A DNA stretch of 64,000 bases from a virus. The stretch lies in IMG/VR virus record IMGVR_UViG_3300021142_002226, positions 32,001-96,000 of that record; one strand, written 5' to 3'. The notes below the pieces were generated by a model. It was given only the letters and a program-made list of their open reading frames with translations, had not been told where the DNA came from and made no database searches. The position numbers were made by a program, and so were the translations under genes. Shown here in pieces: positions 59,350 through 64,000 of the stretch (positions within the stretch are counted from its first letter, which is position 1; the number at the start of each line of letters is the position of its first letter).

Positions 59350-59964
59350 ATGAGTTGCGTTTATATACATACAAGAAAAGATAATAATGAAGTTTTTTAT
59401 GTTGGTATAGGTAAAACCGAAAAAAGGGCTTATTCTAAGTTTAATAGAAATAAACATTGGTTAAATATTATAAATAAAGTAGATTATAATGTATTAATTT
59501 TGAAAAGTAATATTAGTTGGGTTGATGCTTGTTTGGAAGAAGAAAGGCTAATTACTTTATATGGTCGAATTGATTTAAATAGTGGTACCTTAGTTAATTT
59601 AACAAATGGTGGTGAGGGTAAAATTAATTTTATTGTTACTGATGATATAAAAAAGAAAATGTCTAAAGCTCAGAAAGGTAGAATTATAACTGTTGAACAT
59701 AGAGATAAAATATCCAAATCTATGAAAGGACGTATACCAGTAAATAAAGGTAAAAAACTAACTGATATTGAATTAGAAAAATTTAATAAACTATATTACA
59801 AACCAATATTACAATATAAATTAAATGGTGAGTTTATTAAGGAATACCCATCTGCTAAAATAGCATCTAAAGATGTTAATATATTAAGGACAAGTATTAA
59901 TAATTGTTGTTACGGTAGATCTAAATCCGCTGGTGGTTTTAAATGGGTATTTAAAACCAATTGA
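59350..59964 (+). CDS. GIY-YIG homing endonuclease with NUMOD3/NUMOD1-like domains
   Basis: CVYIHTRKDNNEVFYVGIG, NLTNGGEG, KKKMSKAQKG, KPILQYKLNGEFIKEYPS; antisense to the neck and tail genes. Confidence 0.85.
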   Translation: MSCVYIHTRKDNNEVFYVGIGKTEKRAYSKFNRNKHWLNIINKVDYNVLILKSNISWVDACLEEERLITLYGRIDLNSGTLVNLTNGGEGKINFIVTDDIKKKMSKAQKGRIITVEHRDKISKSMKGRIPVNKGKKLTDIELEKFNKLYYKPILQYKLNGEFIKEYPSAKIASKDVNILRTSINNCCYGRSKSAGGFKWVFKTN

Positions 59965-59986
59965 AATTATGTACTTGGTGTTGCCA

Positions 59987-60505
59987 TTATATTCCTTTAA
60001 AATCTGCTTTGTCTATAACAATGCATCTAACTTTTTTATAATACGTTTTGTAATTATATAACATTTGGTTGGTATCTGGTATATAATTAGGATCTGTTAC
60101 AGAAAAATATACAATACTATCATTATCAAGTACATAACCAATTATATCACCATATGTTATATCCACATTTTTTCTTTTCAATTCATTCAAATAAACGATA
60201 AAGTCAAGGTTACCAAAATTTGATGTTCTTAAGGTACCGTTTTGGTTGTATGCTTTGTTAACAGCTTGTTCAAGAGTTAATAAAACATTTAATTCGACTG
60301 GTGGAAGATAGATTATTTGGTCTTTTTTTGTTTCACCATACACATCATCGTAATTCGTATTAACCCTATCTATTCTATAAAGAATTAATCTGAAATTACT
60401 ATCTTCATTAACAATATCGTCACCAATTCCAACATCTAAGTCAAAATCAGCCTGATCATACCATTTGGATAATCTTGTATTTGGAATCCTATTTCTTCTT
60501 TCCAT
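59987..60505 (-). CDS. Neck / head-closure protein (gp14-like)
   Basis: 172 aa; NYDDVYGE, PPVEL, ITYGDIIGY; upstream of the tail terminator. Confidence 0.55.
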   Translation of the reverse strand: MERRNRIPNTRLSKWYDQADFDLDVGIGDDIVNEDSNFRLILYRIDRVNTNYDDVYGETKKDQIIYLPPVELNVLLTLEQAVNKAYNQNGTLRTSNFGNLDFIVYLNELKRKNVDITYGDIIGYVLDNDSIVYFSVTDPNYIPDTNQMLYNYKTYYKKVRCIVIDKADFKGI

Positions 60506-60563
60506 ACTAATAAATAGTATAATATATTTGCTTTTATCAACATTTATTATTAATATTGTAATT

Positions 60564-61064
60564 ATGTTAGATTTAAAAAAATTATCCGATATTATTGAAT
60601 ATCTGGAATTAATACCAGGTTATAACGATTGTATTTTGAATAAAACATGTTATAGAATTGGTGAATTTTGGTCATTAACCTATGATTTTGAAAAGTTTAG
60701 AAAAAAACTGAACGCAAATTGGGATGAAAACGAAGTTTTAAACTACATATATAAAAATTATAATTATAAAGATAATTTTTTTGTTAAAATTATAGAAAAC
60801 CCAACCAGAAAGAAAATTGCTAAATATGATAATAAAATGCTTTTTTGCGATGGTTTAGATGAAGCACTTATTGGTGTTAGATTTGGTTTTGATGAAAATA
60901 AAAATATAGCGGTTTATGATTACGATAGATGTATAGATTCTATCTTAGCTGAATCGGACGGAGAAATGGAAGAATGTGATGCTATAGAACATATGGAATA
61001 TAATGTTACTGGTGCATATGTTGGTGAATACACTCCATGTTTTTTAACAAATATTGATGAATAA
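60564..61064 (+). CDS. Conserved phage hypothetical protein
   Basis: Start probably at ATG 60564 (track 60465 would overlap the neck gene head-to-head). C-terminal motif CDGLDEALIG...AVYDYDRC...AIEHMEYNVTGAYVGEYTP. Confidence 0.65.
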   Translation: MLDLKKLSDIIEYLELIPGYNDCILNKTCYRIGEFWSLTYDFEKFRKKLNANWDENEVLNYIYKNYNYKDNFFVKIIENPTRKKIAKYDNKMLFCDGLDEALIGVRFGFDENKNIAVYDYDRCIDSILAESDGEMEECDAIEHMEYNVTGAYVGEYTPCFLTNIDE

Positions 61065-63948
61065 TATACCAATTGAAATACAAGCTAAAGAAATTCTAAT
61101 AAATTACCAAGGATCCAATGATTATTTACTGGAAATAAAAGGTTATTTATTAAGCAAAAAAGCGTTTCCGTTAACTTCAAATATATGTAAATACATAATA
61201 TCTAATCAGAAAGTAAAACCTATTGTTTTGAATAAAAAATATGTTTTACATAAAAGTATTAGAGGTTTTTTAAAAAGCCAATATAAATTAGATTTTATAC
61301 CTGAAGAAATTTTTATTAATAAATTATTAACACGAAAAGTCGATAACCTTCACCTTTGGGCTTGTTTTAATCAAGATTGTAAATACTATTTTTCAGTTTA
61401 TTTGGATAAAAATTGTATCAAAAATAGTAAAACTATTGAATTACCTTCTTTTGATCAGTATGATAGGCCGCCAAAAAAACACCAATTAACAGCAATCAAA
61501 ACTTTATTGGAAAATGATAAATTTATCTTGGCTGATGATATGGGTTTGGGTAAAATGGAATTTGTTGATAACCAATTGTTTACACCATTTGGTAGGAAAA
61601 GAATTGGTGATATAATTGTCGGTGATAAAGTTATTGGTTCAGATGGTAAACCATATAATGTTGTTGGTGTTTTTCCACAAGGTAATAAAGAATTATTTAA
61701 GGTAACCTTTAATGATGGTTATTCTATTTTAGTCGGTGGTGAACACCTTTGGTCTGTTTCAACTAATTGTAATGGTGAAAATAATAAAAATAGAAAAAAT
61801 AGATATATTACATTAAGTACAAATCAAATGCTTGATAAAAATTTGATTTTACAACAAAATGGTTCGGATTGGAATGAAAAAAGACCCTACAAATACTCAA
61901 CATACTATAAAAAAAATAATGGCGCATCTAAATGGCAGATACCTATCGTTAAACCTATAGAATTTTACAATAATTATGAATTACCTATTGAACCATATTT
62001 ATTAGGTGTTTGTTTGGGTGATGGTAACATAAAAAATTCATCAGTAAAATTTGAGATACATAAAGATGATTTTGAAGAATTATTTACAGGTGTTGAATTT
62101 AATGAATTATCACCTGTTGGCAATAGACGATCATGTAATTTAAACTTCGGTAATAAATTACAATTATTAAATATTAATAATAAAACTTCAGATACTAAAT
62201 TTATACCAGATAAATATAAATATAGTTCAATAGTTAATAGAATTGCGATTTTGCAAGGTTTGATGGATACTGATGGTCATTGCATGAAATCAAAAAAAGG
62301 TTTGTTTGCTGGTACGGAATACGCTACGGTATCTGAAAAATTAGCTGACGATATTGCTGAGATAGTTCATAGTTTGGGTGGTATTGTGCGTAAAAAAAGT
62401 AAAATTGGTTCCTATAGAAAGCCAGATGGAACTAAGGTTATTTGTAAAAAATGTTATCGTTTAAATATAAAGATGCCTACAGGTATTAATCCTTTTAGAT
62501 TAAAACGTAAAGCTATATTATATAAAGAACCTGAAAAATATAAAGTTGGTAGATATATTAAGGATATCCAACCTTGTGGTACTGGTGAAGCTGTTTGTAT
62601 ATCAGTAGATAGTCCAGATAAATTATATGTTACAGAACACGCAATTGTAACACATAATACAACATCTACCATTCTTGCTGCGATAACTGGTGGATATAAA
62701 AGGATTTTGGTTGTCTGCCCAGCATCTCTTAAATTGAACTGGAAAAAAGAAATAAGTTTGTATGATAACCCAAACGATATTAGTATTGTAGAAGGTTCTG
62801 ATTTTACATTCAAAAAATGGACTATTGTAAACTATGATATCCTTAAAAACTTCCATAATTTGAAAGAAAAAGGTCAAGATCCAGAAGATGTAAAAGAATC
62901 AATAATCGATTTTTATAAATTTGATTTAGTTATAGCTGATGAAGCACATTACCTTAAAAATGCTACCGCAAATAGAACAAAATTATTTAATGATTTTGCG
63001 ATGAAAATTGGTACCAGATGGTTACTAACTGGTACACCAATAACTAATAAACCAATTGATTTATATAATTTATTATATCTTTGTGAATCCCCACTTAGTA
63101 CAAATTGGGTTGGGTATGTTAGGCGTTATTGTGCTGGTAGACAATTCAAAAGAAAAGGGTCAACACAAAAATATTGGGTAACTGATGGTGCAACAAATCT
63201 TGAAGAATTAAAAGAATTTACAGACGATTTGATCCTTAGAAGGCTTAAAAAAGATGCTGTTGATTTACCACAAAAGACAATAAAACCAATATATTTACCA
63301 TTATCCTCTTCAAGAAGATATCAGGATTATATGGAAGAATATCAAAATTGGTATGATGAACAAGTAGAAAATGGGATTGAACCTAAACCAACAGAACATC
63401 TTACACAATTGATAAAGGTTAGACAATTACTATCTGAAGACAAATTAAGTACAACAATCAATCTTGTAGAAGATATAATTGAAAGTGGTAGAAAAGTTAT
63501 TATTTTTTCATGTTTTTCTAATAGTATTAGAACAATTCATGACCATTTTGGTAAAAAGTCTGTTTTAATTGATGGTGCTGTAAGCGCTAAAAATAGAGAT
63601 ATTGCCGTTGAAAAGTTTCAAAACGATGATAAAATCAAAGTTTTTTGTGGTAACATTGTTGCGGCAGGTGTTGGTTTAACTTTAACTGAAGGTTCTGTGG
63701 TGATATTCAACGATGTTGATTGGACACCAGCAAATCACTTACAAGCTGGTGATCGTGCACATAGAATGGGACAAACGAATGAAGTACACATAATTTATCC
63801 TTTAATAGATGGTACTTTAGATACGGTTATGTACAACAAACTACAGGAGAAAATTAAAAATATTAGTACTGTAATGGGAGATGAAAATAATGATATTTTC
63901 AATGATACATCTATGATTTCTGATGTTATAAAGTCTTTAAAAGATTAG
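61054..63948 (+). CDS. SNF2/HARP-like helicase containing an intein
   Basis: ILADDMGLGK|T, IADEAHYLK, LLTGTP, AGVGLTL, QAGDRAHRMGQ; about 596 aa after splicing. Confidence 0.9.
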   Translation: MMNNIPIEIQAKEILINYQGSNDYLLEIKGYLLSKKAFPLTSNICKYIISNQKVKPIVLNKKYVLHKSIRGFLKSQYKLDFIPEEIFINKLLTRKVDNLHLWACFNQDCKYYFSVYLDKNCIKNSKTIELPSFDQYDRPPKKHQLTAIKTLLENDKFILADDMGLGKMEFVDNQLFTPFGRKRIGDIIVGDKVIGSDGKPYNVVGVFPQGNKELFKVTFNDGYSILVGGEHLWSVSTNCNGENNKNRKNRYITLSTNQMLDKNLILQQNGSDWNEKRPYKYSTYYKKNNGASKWQIPIVKPIEFYNNYELPIEPYLLGVCLGDGNIKNSSVKFEIHKDDFEELFTGVEFNELSPVGNRRSCNLNFGNKLQLLNINNKTSDTKFIPDKYKYSSIVNRIAILQGLMDTDGHCMKSKKGLFAGTEYATVSEKLADDIAEIVHSLGGIVRKKSKIGSYRKPDGTKVICKKCYRLNIKMPTGINPFRLKRKAILYKEPEKYKVGRYIKDIQPCGTGEAVCISVDSPDKLYVTEHAIVTHNTTSTILAAITGGYKRILVVCPASLKLNWKKEISLYDNPNDISIVEGSDFTFKKWTIVNYDILKNFHNLKEKGQDPEDVKESIIDFYKFDLVIADEAHYLKNATANRTKLFNDFAMKIGTRWLLTGTPITNKPIDLYNLLYLCESPLSTNWVGYVRRYCAGRQFKRKGSTQKYWVTDGATNLEELKEFTDDLILRRLKKDAVDLPQKTIKPIYLPLSSSRRYQDYMEEYQNWYDEQVENGIEPKPTEHLTQLIKVRQLLSEDKLSTTINLVEDIIESGRKVIIFSCFSNSIRTIHDHFGKKSVLIDGAVSAKNRDIAVEKFQNDDKIKVFCGNIVAAGVGLTLTEGSVVIFNDVDWTPANHLQAGDRAHRMGQTNEVHIIYPLIDGTLDTVMYNKLQEKIKNISTVMGDENNDIFNDTSMISDVIKSLKD
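61555..62658 (+). mobile_element. Class 3-like intein with LAGLIDADG endonuclease (368 aa, Met1...HN|T)
   Basis: GK|MEFVDNQLFTP; GGEHLW; YLLGVCLGDG and LQGLMDTDG; AVCISVD; IVTHN|T. Confidence 0.88.
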
Positions 63949-64000
63949 TGTTCAGTATGTATTATTTTCTTAACATCTGATCTATAAACAGCATCGTCAC
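63945..64000 (-). CDS. C-terminal end of a convergent gene (partial)
   Basis: Frame ...DDAVYRSDVKKIIHTEH* whose TAA (63945-63947) overlaps the helicase TAG. Confidence 0.35.
   Translation of the reverse strand, partial: DDAVYRSDVKKIIHTEH

Noticed and set aside
2116-60505. Bacterial eCIS or tailocin locus
   Set aside because: The tail genes are interleaved with RNR, helicase, RecA, SSB, neck genes, inteins and homing endonucleases, which fits a replicating phage.
60465-60563. N-terminal extension of the 199-aa ORF
   Set aside because: It would overlap the divergent neck gene start and its upstream motif. ATG 60564 fits better.
10727-62877. Many short ORFs of 60-220 aa in the track (for example 13686..14000, 16296..16625, 24091..24510, 49668..50336, 62454..62813)
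   Set aside because: They are antisense or out-of-frame shadows fully inside long genes with recognisable motifs.
1-64000. Stop-codon reassignment, tRNA genes, or reverse transcriptase/DGR
   Set aside because: The standard code gives intact multi-kb ORFs. The intergenic gaps are too short or too A/T-rich for tRNAs, and I saw no RT motif or TR/VR pair.

Overview
This AT-rich, densely coded window comes from a large contractile-tailed (myovirus-like, probably jumbo) phage. Almost all genes lie on the minus strand, and the standard genetic code gives long open frames. It holds a tail, baseplate and neck module: wedge proteins, a gp25-like protein, a hub with a tail-lysozyme domain, a LysM/gp53-like protein, a tube-initiator-like giant protein, tape measure, chaperone, tube, sheath, tail terminator and neck. 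A replication block interrupts this module (class II ribonucleotide reductase, DnaB-like helicase, 5'-3' exonuclease, RecA/UvsX, gp32-like SSB), and a SNF2-type helicase lies on the plus strand at the right end. The main interest is the load of selfish elements. (1) nrdJ carries two cis inteins plus a naturally split intein whose halves are separated by a free-standing endonuclease gene, and an RNA hairpin is predicted to hide that gene's start codon. (2) A GIY-YIG gene sits between two synonymously recoded copies of the last 23 codons of the exonuclease gene. A second GIY-YIG appears to have replaced the 5' end of the tail terminator gene. (3) The SNF2 helicase has a Met-1 intein with the class 3 W/C/T signature. 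Other observations are a candidate +1 frameshift in the tail chaperone, a GGWCC palindrome array between sheath and tube, a recurrent upstream TATTTAT motif, and strong [ST]GxT enrichment in virion proteins. All product calls come from motif recognition by eye; no database searches were run.
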